Notes: a model not told the origin generated them from the letters alone. DNA of 64,000 nt from Eledone cirrhosa (GCA_964016885.1 OZ024741.1:110856001-110920000), one strand, 5' to 3'; shown: positions 50,430-61,562, numbered from the stretch's first letter. Program-made: numbers and translations.

Positions 50430-50843
50430 CAGGGGTTTCAACCTTAAGGACTCATAAGGGTTATTACATCACGAGGAAGAGTGTTAGCAGGTCAAAGTGA
50501 GTTGAGGAGGTGGAGTATGATTTTCACTAATTATAATGCTAATCTGCAAATCAGCTGATATGCTGCTATATGTATTTTTTTTATTTTTTTTTTTTTATTT
50601 TCACTAAAATAAATACACACAAGATAATAAGTGGGATATGTGAACTAGTCCAAAATTTGGGGAAACAAATTTTCCTAAATTTCATTTTTTTTTTTTCCAA
50701 TTTATTTTATTTCGCGAATAAATTGTGTTCTGAATATTAAAACTGGGACAAATTACCAAGTTTTAGGGAAATATTAGTCCTGAAAATTGTTCTGCCACAG
50801 GCCATAAAGAAGTCATTTGTGGGCCATGTGTTTGAGATTCCTG
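50430..50843. mobile_element. Non-autonomous hAT (Charlie-like) element
   Basis: TTCTAGAA / TCCTAGAA flanks (7/8 match, NTCTAGAN-like); ends CAGGGGTTTCAA / TTTGAGATTCCTG. Confidence 0.65.
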
Positions 50844-51554
50844 TCCTAGAATAAGCCCAGCAACACTAAAAGTGGTAAGAGACCAGAGGCCACAAGTACT
50901 GGCAGTAGAATGGGGACACTATAGGCTTTGAAAGGGCTCTTCAGTCTGGATGCAACCTCTTTACTGCTATTATCATGATAAAATGCATCCAGTGCACTCT
51001 GTAAAGTGGTAGTGTTGGTGTTGATAAAATGCACCCAATTCACCCTGTGTCTGTGTTTTAATATTTTTCATATAATTTATTGCAATTTACCCATGTAATA
51101 CAATAAAATAGAAAAAATGGGATTTATCAAAAGTGAAAATAGATAAAAAGGAAATTTACTAAAATTAAAAACAAAAGGGAAAATTGTCTCCCAACATTTT
51201 ATATTAATTTACATATCTCACTATAATGTGTGTATTCATTTTGATGAAAAAAAAAAATATATATATATATATCAGCTGCATTCTACCATTGTTCCAATAT
51301 TTCTGCCAATTTGCAGTCTGTTTTGTAAATTAGACTAACCTTTAATAAATAAATACATCAGTGAAACTCAGAAATCACCACCAGAGGCAAACTTATATCA
51401 ATATGTTCAGAGACAGTTAAATTGTAATTTGGATTTGGGAGAAAAACTTTCATTAACATGTTGGAAGAAACAATAGAAAGAAGAGCATAGAAGGAATCCA
51501 TTAACATGTAGGACAAAATGACGGAAGGAAGAGATGGCAGGATATCAAAGTTAT

Positions 51555-51900
51555 ATAATAATAATAATGAAATTATTGTGTACAATGCTCAGGAGCACTA
51601 CAACTCGTCAAAAGTACATATAATAATGTACAAATGTCAGAAATGAACAGTGTATGAATTATGATATACATGTGTGCTTGTGTATGCAAATTTTAGGAAG
51701 CATGGAGGTTTTAAAGGATGCAGCATCTCGACAGCTGCTAACTGATGCAGGTATTTCGTTCCATGCTTCAGCAAATTTGAGCATGAAAAAATGTTTCCAA
51801 AAGTCATTGTTTTCTGACTTTGTAGGCATGCCTGCATATGTAAGACAAATGGTGCTCAGGGTTGTTGTTGGCAAGATGGTTAATAATTTTGTAAAAGCTA
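51555..51900 (-). mobile_element. 3' end fragment of a CR1/L2-like LINE
   Basis: HFFMLKFAEAWNEIPASV...FKTSM resembles the FF..R...WN.LP..V...FK C-terminus; (TTA)n-like tail near 51555-51568. Confidence 0.55.
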
Positions 51901-52129
51901 AGTGAAAAATATTTAACATTATTAGAAAAGGTAATGCCTGAAAGAATATGATCACAAATACAAGCAGTTAAAATGAGGTTCTTCCGAAGGGTCTTTGGAA
52001 TAACGTTATTCGATAGGGTATCTAGTTTCTAGAAGAAACCACCAACCTACAAACATCTCTTTTTTATATTATGTATAGATATTACAATTAGCTGTCATTT
52101 TTTCCAGCACGGGTCCTGGTAGTGTCTGT

Positions 52130-53060
52130 ATAAATGTAGACAGTTGAGGAAGTTTGTCTACAGATATGGACAGTAGAGGAAGTATATCTGTGTCTATAAA
52201 TGTGGACAGTTGAGGAAGTATATCTGTCTATAAATATGGACAGTTGAGGAAGTACGTCTGTGTTTACAGAAGGGGAGTTTTGTCTGTCTGTAGATGTGAC
52301 CATTGAGGAATTATGTTTGTAGATGTAGACATTTAAGGAAGATTGTCTATCTTTACAGATGTGAACATTTGGGGAAGTTTGTCTGTGTCTAAAGGTGTGG
52401 ACATTTTAGGAAGATTATCTGTGTCTACAGATGTGAACATTTAGGGAAGTTTGTCTATAGATGTGGACAGTTAAGGAAGTATGTCTGTAGATGTGGCCAG
52501 TAGACGAAGTTCATCTATGTCTACAGATGTGGACAGTAGAAGTTTGTCTGTGTTTGTAGATGTGGCCAGTAGAGGAAGTTCATCTATGTCTACAGATGTG
52601 GACAGTAGAAGTTTGTCTGTGTTTGTAGATGTGGCCAGTAGAGGAAGTTCATCTATGTCTACAGATGTGGACAGTAGAAGTTTGTCTGTGTTTGTAGATG
52701 TGGCCAGTAGAGGAAGTTCATCTATGTCTACAGATGTGGACAGTAGAGGTTTGTCTGTGTTTGTAGATGTGGCCAGTAGAGGAAGTTCATCTATGTCTAC
52801 AGATGTGGACAGTAGAAGTTTGTCTGTGCTTGTAGATGTGGCCAGTAGAGGAAGTTCATCTATGTCTACAGATGTGGACAGTAGAAGTTTGTCTGTGTTT
52901 GTAGATGTGGCCAGTAGAGGAAGTTCATCTATGTCTACAGATGTGGACAGTAGAAGTTTGTCTGTGCTTGTAGATGTGGCCAGGAGAGGAAGTTCATGTA
53001 TGTCTACAGATGTGGACAGTTGAGGAAGTATGTCTATGTCTTCAGATGTGAACAGTTGAA
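52130..53060. repeat. 69-bp minisatellite (about 8 homogeneous units at 52480-53020, degenerate ~35-bp half-units upstream)
   Basis: Period 69 (52561 to 52630); unit made of two related halves, each containing GTAGATGTGG / ACAGATGTGG. Confidence 0.92.
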
Positions 53061-53400
53061 GAAGACGATTTAAATTGTGTATACACTGTGACATCATTAA
53101 GTTTTGTTCTAGAATAGTGACTCTTTGCCGTCAGTAATGACAGCAATGGCATTGAGTGCAGTTTCTGGAGTTCATGATTGCTTTGCTATATATATATACA
53201 ATATTTACTGGATATATGAACAAACATACAAACTGGGAAATTTGCGTTTTGATAAATTAATGGTTTACATAACAGAAACCTTATGGTTTATGTTCATTAC
53301 TGACACTAGCAGAACCCCCCCCCCCCTTCTGGTAGTTTTCTGCTAGCATATGTAGTGTGCATATTGATATTATACACAAATATATATGCATGTAGATATG

Positions 53401-53743
53401 ATCATCATCATCATCATCATTTTACGTCCGCTTTTTCCCTGCTTGCAAGGGTGGGACGGGAACTGATTCTGGCTTGATTTCTACAGCTGGATGCCCTTCC
53501 TAACACCAACCTCATTTATAGTGAGTGCTGGGTGCTTTTTTGCCGTGGCACCTCCACGACCACTTTGCAGTGGAATGATAGGGACCCCAGTCCCTATCAT
53601 CTCATTTCTACAGCTGAGTAAACTGGAACAATGTGAAATAAAGTGTCTTGCTCAAGGAAACAACACATCACCCAGTCTGAGAATTGAACTCACAACCTTT
53701 CGATTGCAAGGCCAATGCTCTAACCACTAAGCCATGTGCCTCC
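53401..53743 (-). mobile_element. Family-1 SINE, full length
   Basis: Near-identical reverse complement of 1015-1372; (CAT)n tail; possible ATATGAT target duplication. Confidence 0.9.
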
Positions 53744-54559
53744 ATATGATACGTCAAATAAAATCGTAATTGACAATATGCACAGAAATTGAAGAGTGTC
53801 TGTGTTACACTCTCTTCTGTAATCAGTAAAGTAATCCATGATACATTAAAAAAAGACGATATTATATATAAACTGCATTACGGCAAAATTTTATGAAAAC
53901 GAAAGAGGAGAAAATTAGCGACAGAAATATAAACCTTATATATTGATGCAAGTATATGAACTTTTATATAAGCGATGTGATATAACATCCATTATATCAT
54001 AACTGAAAGTATTGACTTTTGAAAATTTTAAAAGAAGTGAATCTTGAAATAAGCAATAAAATTATTTATATTTAAACAAGAGTTACTAAATTTAGTACAT
54101 AAATTATGTAATATTCATTCATTATTTATTCAAAATAATCCAACTTATTTTACTAACGAGATAAAAATATATTCAGGACACAATCCTGCACTCCTCCCTT
54201 TATTATATTATGATGGGGAACTGATTAAAAATAAGAATGATATTCTAATAACATTTTTCTTGGATATAATTACATAAGTGTTCAGCAATTACAGGGTTAA
54301 AAAATGAGTAACTTTGGTAGAAATAATTATGTATAGGCACAAACGTCAGGAAAAGCAACATGACTGATATAGGAAATGTGTGGTTTGTGTGAATTTTAAA
54401 GAGTTACAGACGGAAATATATATAAACTAGACCACCCGTTACCCACTGGGTCACGTTCACTTAAAGATATTTTTTTTAAAATCATGTTTACTTAAAAATA
54501 ATTTTAAAATAATTAAATTATACACAGACATGTATATAATGAAAATAAAATTGAAAGGC

Positions 54560-54591
<32 letters not shown>

Positions 54592-54595
<4 letters not shown>

Positions 54596-54815
54596 GTGAA
54601 AGAGTGAAGAATAACATGGTCGGCTGTACAAAAAGGGGTTTTATGTACAGTATTAACAATTGTTTCATTGATCAGGTGAGTCTAAAGGCCGCAAATCACT
54701 CGAAATTGCGCCACTCGACCTTAAATACAGTATGGGTCACTTGATCAAATCATCGGAATACTGGAGCGGGTAACACATGGCATTGGTTTTTATAGATACA
54801 TCGGAGAATCAAGGT
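54592..54815 (-). repeat. ~200-bp repeat carrying the hammerhead motif (inverted partner of 59550-59748)
   Basis: Reverse complement aligns with 59550-59748 over the full length. Confidence 0.9.
54648..54763 (-). ncRNA. Second copy of the CCGAUGA hammerhead-like motif
   Basis: Reverse complement has identical stems and core; longer stem II loop. Confidence 0.65.
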
Positions 54816-55170
54816 TGAGAGATTTAATGATCCAACTGATCATTAAATCAACATCATGAATCTCCCAACCTTTCTTTCACTCTCTCTATAACCGCATCAC
54901 CTCCATTAAGATAAAACAATCAGTCTACCAGACCTTAATCACCCATATATCATCACTGCCCCTTTCACTTTTTATTCTCTATCTGTCTATCTACTGCTTC
55001 CCCGTCCTTACTCCTACCCTTTATGTCTCATCCTCGAATCCTTATTCTTATTCTCTGTCTCCTGTTCCTTATCTCTTTCTCTCTTACTTTTTATTTTTCA
55101 TTTAATCCTCTGATATTTTATTGTACCTCTTGCATTTTATTTCACCAATTTATAAACTCTATACACTACA

Positions 55171-58100
55171 TATCATCATCATCATCGTTTAACATCCATC
55201 TTCCACGCTAGCATGGGTTTAGATGGGAATTGTCCCACGGGAGGCAAGATTGGTCGTCTTGCTCGTATAGGACTGTTTGGCGGGTTTTCTACGGCTGGAT
55301 GCCCTTCCTAACACCAACCACGTTTACAGTGTGGAGTAGGAGGTTTTTACCGTGTTACCTACACGGCCACATTACAGCGTGGACTGTGTGTTTTTTTGTC
55401 GTGGCACCTACACGACCAAATTACAGCGTGGACTGTGTGTTTTTTTTTTGTCGTGACACCTACACGACCTCATTTATTTAGGACTGGATGTTGTGGTACC
55501 AACATAATTATACAGCGAAAGGGGTGGTGTAGATGGGGATGGGGGTGTATTTTTGGTTAGGAGGTGCCTACTGACTGTAGGTTTCGCTTTGTACTTAGGC
55601 AAGGCGGGTCTTCTGTATTACTGCGCAGTGCCAAAGATCTCGGTCCAGTGACATTGTCTTGGAGAGGTGTAAGTGTGTAAGGTCGGAATTTATCAAATCG
55701 TCCCAGGTTTTTCTGGGTTTGCTTACTCCGTAGCTTCCATCAGTTTTGATCGCCCTGCACTTTTTTATACAGCTGTCATCTTTCATGCGCATCACGTGAC
55801 CATACCAATGTAGTCTTCTTTCGAGTAAACAGCATCTGATCCCTCTTATTCCTAATTTCTCACTTAGTTCATTTATGCTTTGCCATTCACATATATTACT
55901 ATTACACATCCAACGGAGCATGCAAGCTTCGTTCCTCTCCAATCTGCGCAGATCCTCTGCACACAATGCTCATGTCTCATTGCCATGTAACATTGCTGTT
56001 CGTATGCAGGCATCATACAGTCTGCCTTTCATTTTTAGAGAGAAAACTTTAGCGGCCAATAGTGGTATAAGCTTTCTGAACTTTTTCCATCCCGTTCTGA
56101 CTCTGGCTACTGTACTTTCAGAGCACCCTCCACCATTTTATCACCCAGGTAACGGAAGGTATCCCCTATTTCTATAGAAACATCTGGGCAATGGAAGGAG
56201 CTAGTATCCTGTGGGCACTTGCTACTACTTATTGCACCTGAGAACCGGACACATTTAAAATCTATGTTCTTAGTTAGCTTACCTGTGATCCCACTACATC
56301 TTTTATGCACGCATACTTTGCATTTGGGACATAAAATGGAGTTTCTGCCTACTCCTTTCCTACACACTGAGCATGGCCATTTCCCAGAGGGGACCAGTGC
56401 CCTATTTTCCTTCCTACATACTAAAACTTTAGTCTTAGACAAGTTAATTTTAAGGCCCTTTGATTCTAGGCCATGCTTCCAAGTTTGGAATTTCTTCTCT
56501 GATTCAGCTATGAGCGTTAGATCATCTGCGTATAGAAGTTCCCATGGGCAGCCGGTCTTGAACTCCTCTGTTATAGCCTGAAGGGCAATAATAAATAGGA
56601 GGGGGCTAAGGACAGAGCCCTGATGAACACCAACTTTTAAGCTAAATTTTTCACTATATTCGTTGTTAATTCTAACCTTGCTGACTGTTACTTTATACAC
56701 GGCTTGTAAAGCTCTCACGAGCCATTCATCAACACCTAGTTTTCTAAGAGCCCACCAGATAATGGAGCGGGGGACTCTGTCAAAAGCTTTCTCCAAGTCT
56801 ACAAAAGCTAAGTATAGGGGTTTACTTTTAGCTAGGTACTTCTCCTGTAGTTGTCGTACAATGAAAAGAGCGTCCGTGGTACTTTTACCAATTTGCTCTC
56901 TGATTAGTTGCGCTATAACTTTTTCTGTGACCTTCATGACCTGGTCAATTAATTTAATGCCTCTATAGTTTCCCCTATCTCGGGCATCTCCTTTACCCTT
57001 GTAGCAGTTAATGATGATGATGCTACGCCAGTCATTTGGTATGACCCCATTCTGTATGACTTGGTTTACTATCCAGGTGACCATAGTGTGTCCCACCAAT
57101 CCAGATGCTTTCAGCATTTCAGCAACTATCTCTGAAGGCCCAGCTGCTTTGCCTGTCTTCATATCTTTGATTGCCTTACTTATTATACTACCTTCAACTT
57201 GCACTGCTGGTCCCTCTATTGGATCGATTTGGGGCAGACTATCTTTTTCCCACTTATTCTCCTCATTTAGTAGCCTCTCGTAGTGACACTTCCAAGCTAC
57301 CTTCTTATCAGCGTCAGTGATGGCAAGTACACCATCATCATTATGGACACACTTCTCCCCGATAATATCACGGTTTTCATTGACACATTGTCTAGCAATC
57401 CTGAACACCTCACGTTTTGGGTCCTCGCGTTGTAGAACATGCTTGAACTTTCTTTCCTCTGCTTCTTTTCTTGCAAGGTACACTTGTCTCCTAGCTTCCC
57501 TCCTGGCCACTTGATAGTGTCCTCTACTTCCCCCATCACGCCATACTTCCCAAGCCTGCTTTTTGGCCTTGATTGACTCCCCCACCTTACTATTCCACCA
57601 CCTTGTTACTCTCCTCCTGCCTATAGGTCTGCTCCAGCCACAGATTTCATCTGTCGCCTTCAGCAGGTTAACTTTCAGGAATTCCCACTGTTCCTCTATA
57701 CTGTACGCCTCTAATTGGTCTTCCTTACTGTCAAAAGCATCAAGTAATATGCTTTTAAATTTGTTACTGGTTGTGGCGTCCTTTAACTTCCATATTCTTC
57801 TTCTCAGGGTAGTCCTCCTCTGTTGTCGAGTATGTATCGTCCTGACTATGAGGTCACTAACTATGAGGCTGTGTTGGGAGGTGCATTCTTCACGGGGGAG
57901 GGATTTAGTGTTTACAACAGACACTTTGTCACGTCTTCTGGTAAGGATATAATCTATCTGACTGGCGTGTTCCTCTGATCTATAGGTGATCAAGTGATTG
58001 TCTCATTTTTTGAAGTTTGTGTTACAGATAGTTAGGTTATTTGCGTCACAGAATTCCAGGATTCTGAAGCCTTCCTCATTTCTGGTACCAAACCCGTAGC

Positions 58101-58780
58101 CTCCATATATTCCCTCATAGCCGTCACAATGTTGTCCAACATGACCATTTAGGTCGCCAGCAATAATTATGTAGTCACTGTCGGTTAGTTGGGAGGTAGT
58201 GAGTATTAGTGACTCATAGAATCTGTCTTTTATAACGCCAAGCAGTCCAGATTGGGGTGCGTAAGCGGATATTATTGTTACAGTAGTTCTATTTAGGACA
58301 AGTCTTATTTTGATTATTCTGTCGTTCACTCTATTATGCTAACATAATTCCTACTCCACCCAGCCCATTTTCATTTCCCACCCAGAAAAGTTTATAGCAT
58401 CGTTTTTTACCCACAATGAATCTACCTAGTCTTTTGGATGCAACAAGCATCAACTTCCTTACGTTCAAGCATCTCTACAACCTCGTTAGAGTGACATTTT
58501 AAAGTGCCTACATTCATGGTACCAACTCTGAAGTTTTGGATTTCGTTTGGTGGGTGGAAGGGATGGGTTGGAGGTGTAGGGAGGAGTGAGGGAGATGGGG
58601 TTATGTTTGCCATCTACGTCTGAAATAAAGAGGAATCCTTGCATTTTCGTCCGGCCACATGAGGTGAATTTATCTTTATCTTTGACATTGTCATTTGAGT
58701 GTCCAGATTCTTTGACTCTCCAGAATTCCACAGTCCATCTAGCATATCAAAGGCAACCAGGTTTAAACTTAGGGAGTGAA
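55171..58780 (-). mobile_element. Near full-length, inactivated RTE-clade LINE (APE endonuclease + RT + Cys-rich finger)
   Basis: EN motifs GTMNVGTL, SAYAPQ, GDLNGHVG, SQIDYIL; RT motifs DLEKAFDRVP, QGSVLSP, LYADDL; C-x2-C...C-x2-C...H-x2-C finger; ORF broken into 58422-58613, 58003-58329, 56107-57993, 55595-55966; QFGF motif deleted; (TGA)n tail at 55172-55186; 5' end approximate. Confidence 0.93.
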
Positions 58781-58933
58781 TAGCCAATGCGGTGGTTTTG
58801 TGTAAAAGATTGGTAAGAGAAACGTATAAGCCTCTGAATTATGATTGGACCATCTAATAATGGTGACGAGTGAGGGGAGAGGGATATGGGGAAGTTAATG
58901 AGAAGGTTATTTTTTTTATAATCTAAACCTACA

Positions 58934-59060
58934 AACGAATGTATAACAGTAATCAGTGTTTAAATACGAGAAGGTTATTAAACGAACGTATAACAGTAAT
59001 CAGAGTTTAAATACGAGAAGGTTATTAAACGAACGTATAACAGTAATCAGAGTTTAAATA
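58934..59060. repeat. 47-bp tandem repeat, about 2.7 copies
   Basis: AACGAACGTATAACAGTAATCAGAGTTTAAATACGAGAAGGTTATTA starts at 58934, 58981, 59028. Confidence 0.9.
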
Positions 59061-59239
59061 AGAGGAGATTGTTTTTGAGGGTCTGACAGAATTATCGAAA
59101 TTGACCACCGACAGGTTCATTTTATACTTGCTAAGAGAGAGAGGGAGGCATCATATATTTCGTATTTCTTTTCGTGTTATTGTTATCATTAATGTCATCA
59201 CTATTTTACACATCCACTTACTCACCATTATAACTTCAA

Positions 59240-59530
59240 CCGCCGAGGTTGACTTTGCCTTTCATCCTTACGAGGTCGATAAAATAAAGTACCAGTAATG
59301 TACTGGGTATTTGCTGGCCTTGTGCCAAAAGTAGAAACAATTATAACTTCAACCACCACCACTACTACTATTATCAGTAACCGTATTTTGTACTTATTTT
59401 TTACATCTTTATCATTTTCATTTTTACTTATTTATACTTTTATTATTGTTTATTATCTTTTCGATAAAATAAAGTACCAGTGAGGCACTGGGTAGTTGCT
59501 GGCCTTGTGCCTAAAGTAGAAACAATTATT
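59240..59530 (+). mobile_element. Two headless family-4 SINE fragments in tandem
   Basis: CCGCCGAGGTTGACTTTGCCTTTCATCC...GGCCTTGTGCC..AAGTAGAAACAATTAT at 59240-59345; 3' half repeated at 59460-59530. Confidence 0.7.
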
Positions 59531-59549
59531 GATGTTATTGTTTTCATTC

Positions 59550-59748
59550 ACTTGATTCTCTGATGTATCTATAAATACCAATGCCATGTGTTACACCCTC
59601 CAGTATTCCGATGATTTGATCAAGTGACACACTGTATTTAAGGTCGAGTGATTAGCGGGCTTTAGACTCACCTGATCAATGAAACAATTGTTAATACTGT
59701 AAATAAAACCCCTTTTTGTACAGCGGACCATGTTATTCTTCACTACTA
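59550..59748 (+). repeat. ~200-bp repeat carrying the hammerhead motif
   Basis: Inverted copy of 54592-54815. Confidence 0.9.
59601..59699 (+). ncRNA. Type I hammerhead-like ribozyme, CCGAUGA core variant with extended stem II
   Basis: CAGUAUU CCGAUGA U-UUGAUCA-A-GUGA-(40 nt)-UCAC-C-UGAUCAA-U GAAA C-AAUU-G UU AAUACUG: stem I 7 bp perfect, stem II 7+4 bp. Confidence 0.65.
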
Positions 59749-59902
59749 TTACTCCAAGAACGACCTGCATGGGAATTTTCGCAAACTCACTACCTAACTA
59801 AGGAAACTTCTTGTTGAGTCAAACAACGCCGTACGTTTAAATTATCCACAGTACAGAGTACTCACAATCTCTAACTGGATTACCTAAAGCGATAACTTTT
59901 TA

Positions 59903-59960
<58 letters not shown>

Positions 59961-59964
<4 letters not shown>

Positions 59965-61495
59965 GTAAAGCCTTTGACAGAGTTCCACGTGCTGTAATCT
60001 GGTGGGCTCTTAGAAAACTAGGAGTAGATGAATGGCTTGTGAAAGCTGTACAAGCCATGTATAGGGGAGCAGTCAGCAAAGTTAGGATTAGCAATGAGTA
60101 TAGCGAGGAATTTAGCGTACAGGTTGGGGTCCACCAGGGCTCTGTTCTTAGCCCTCTCCTGTTCATCATAGTCCTGCAGGCAATAACGGAGGAGTTTAAG
60201 ACCGGATGCCCATGGGAACTCCTGTATGCTGATGACCTCGCACTTATAGCTGAATCTATGGTAGAACTAGAGAAAAAATTCCAAACTTGGAAGCAGGGAC
60301 TAGAAAGAAAGGGTCTCAAAGTCAACCTGACAAAGACTAAGGTCCTTGTAAGTAGACGAGAAAACAGAACCCAGATCCCCTCAGGGAAATGGCCTTGCTC
60401 AGTATGTAGGAAAGGTGTAGGTAGGAACTCCATTCTCTGTCCCAAATGCAAACAATGGGTACACAAGAGATGTAGCGGGATCTCAGGAAGCTTAATTAAG
60501 AATGTAGGCTTCACATGCAGCAGCTGTGCTGGGACAGCAAGCAGCAAACGACCACAGGAAACAAGTACCACCAATCTCTGGGAGGGCTCTGTAGAAACAG
60601 TAGACAGCTTCTGCTACCTAGGTGACCGAATTAGCAGCGGAGGTGGGTGTTCAGAAAGTACAATAACTAGGGTAAGAACGGGATGGAAGAAGTTCAGGGA
60701 ACTACTGCCACTGCTAGCTGCAAAAGGCTTCTCCCTCAAAATGAAAGGCAGGCTGTATGATGCGTGTATCCGAACAGCAATGTTACATGGTAGTGAGACC
60801 TGGGCGCTGAAGGTGGAAGACTTACGTAGATTAGAAAGAAACGAAGCCTGCATGCTCCGATGGATGTGTAATAGTAATATACGCGAACGACAAAGCATAA
60901 ATGAATTAAGAGAGAGACTGAGCATAAGAGGAATCAAATGCTGTGTGCAGGAGAGGCGGTTGCGTTGGTATGGACATGTGATGCGTATGAAGGATGACAG
61001 CTGCATAAAAAGGTGCAGAGCTCTAGAAGTAAATGGAAACCGCGGAGTGGGGAGACCCAAGAAGACCTGGGATGAGGTGATAAAAGCCGACCTTACCCAA
61101 TTACACCTCTCAAAGGCAATGACACACGACCGTGACCTCTGGCGTCACGCAGTAATACAGTGTACCCGACCTCCCATGGGTACAAGCTGAAGCATATAGA
61201 CAATATGCCCCCACACCCTCCCACTGCAAGGTGGTCGTGGAGGTGCCACGGCAAAAAAGCACCCAACCCACACTGTAAAGTGGACGTGTAGGCGCCACGG
61301 AAAAAGCACCCAGGACTCACTATAAATGAGGTTGGTGTTAGGAAGGGCATCCAGCTGTAGAAATCAAGCCAAAATCAGTTCCTGTATGAGCAAGGCATGG
61401 TCAGCCGACCAGACACTGCCCACAAGAGGACAACCCGTCTAACCCATGCTAACATGGAAGAACGGACGTAAAACGGTGATGATGATGATGATGAT
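59961..61495 (+). mobile_element. 5'-truncated young RTE-clade LINE inserted in a (TA)n tract
   Basis: Starts at KAFDRVP, uninterrupted frame to stop at 61190 (LYADDL, Cys finger, RRLRWYGHV, GRPKKTW); 3' UTR; (TGA)n tail; (TA)n on both flanks. Confidence 0.95.
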
Positions 61496-61562
61496 ATATG
61501 TATATATATGTATGTATATATATGTATATATATGTATATATGTATATATAAATATATATGTA

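Noticed and set aside
54426-54455. Helitron 3' end (minus-strand hairpin + CTAG)
   Set aside because: ACTAG plus a weak GC-rich stem is suggestive, but no matching 5' end or second copy is visible, so it is not called.
59080-59107. GGT-CTGACAG-AATTATC-GAAA-TTG-ACC
   Set aside because: Core is not CUGANGA, no stem II, no NUH triplet.
59900-61060. Antisense ORFs over the RTE copies (also 55875-57952 on +)
   Set aside because: Shadow frames of the LINE coding strand.
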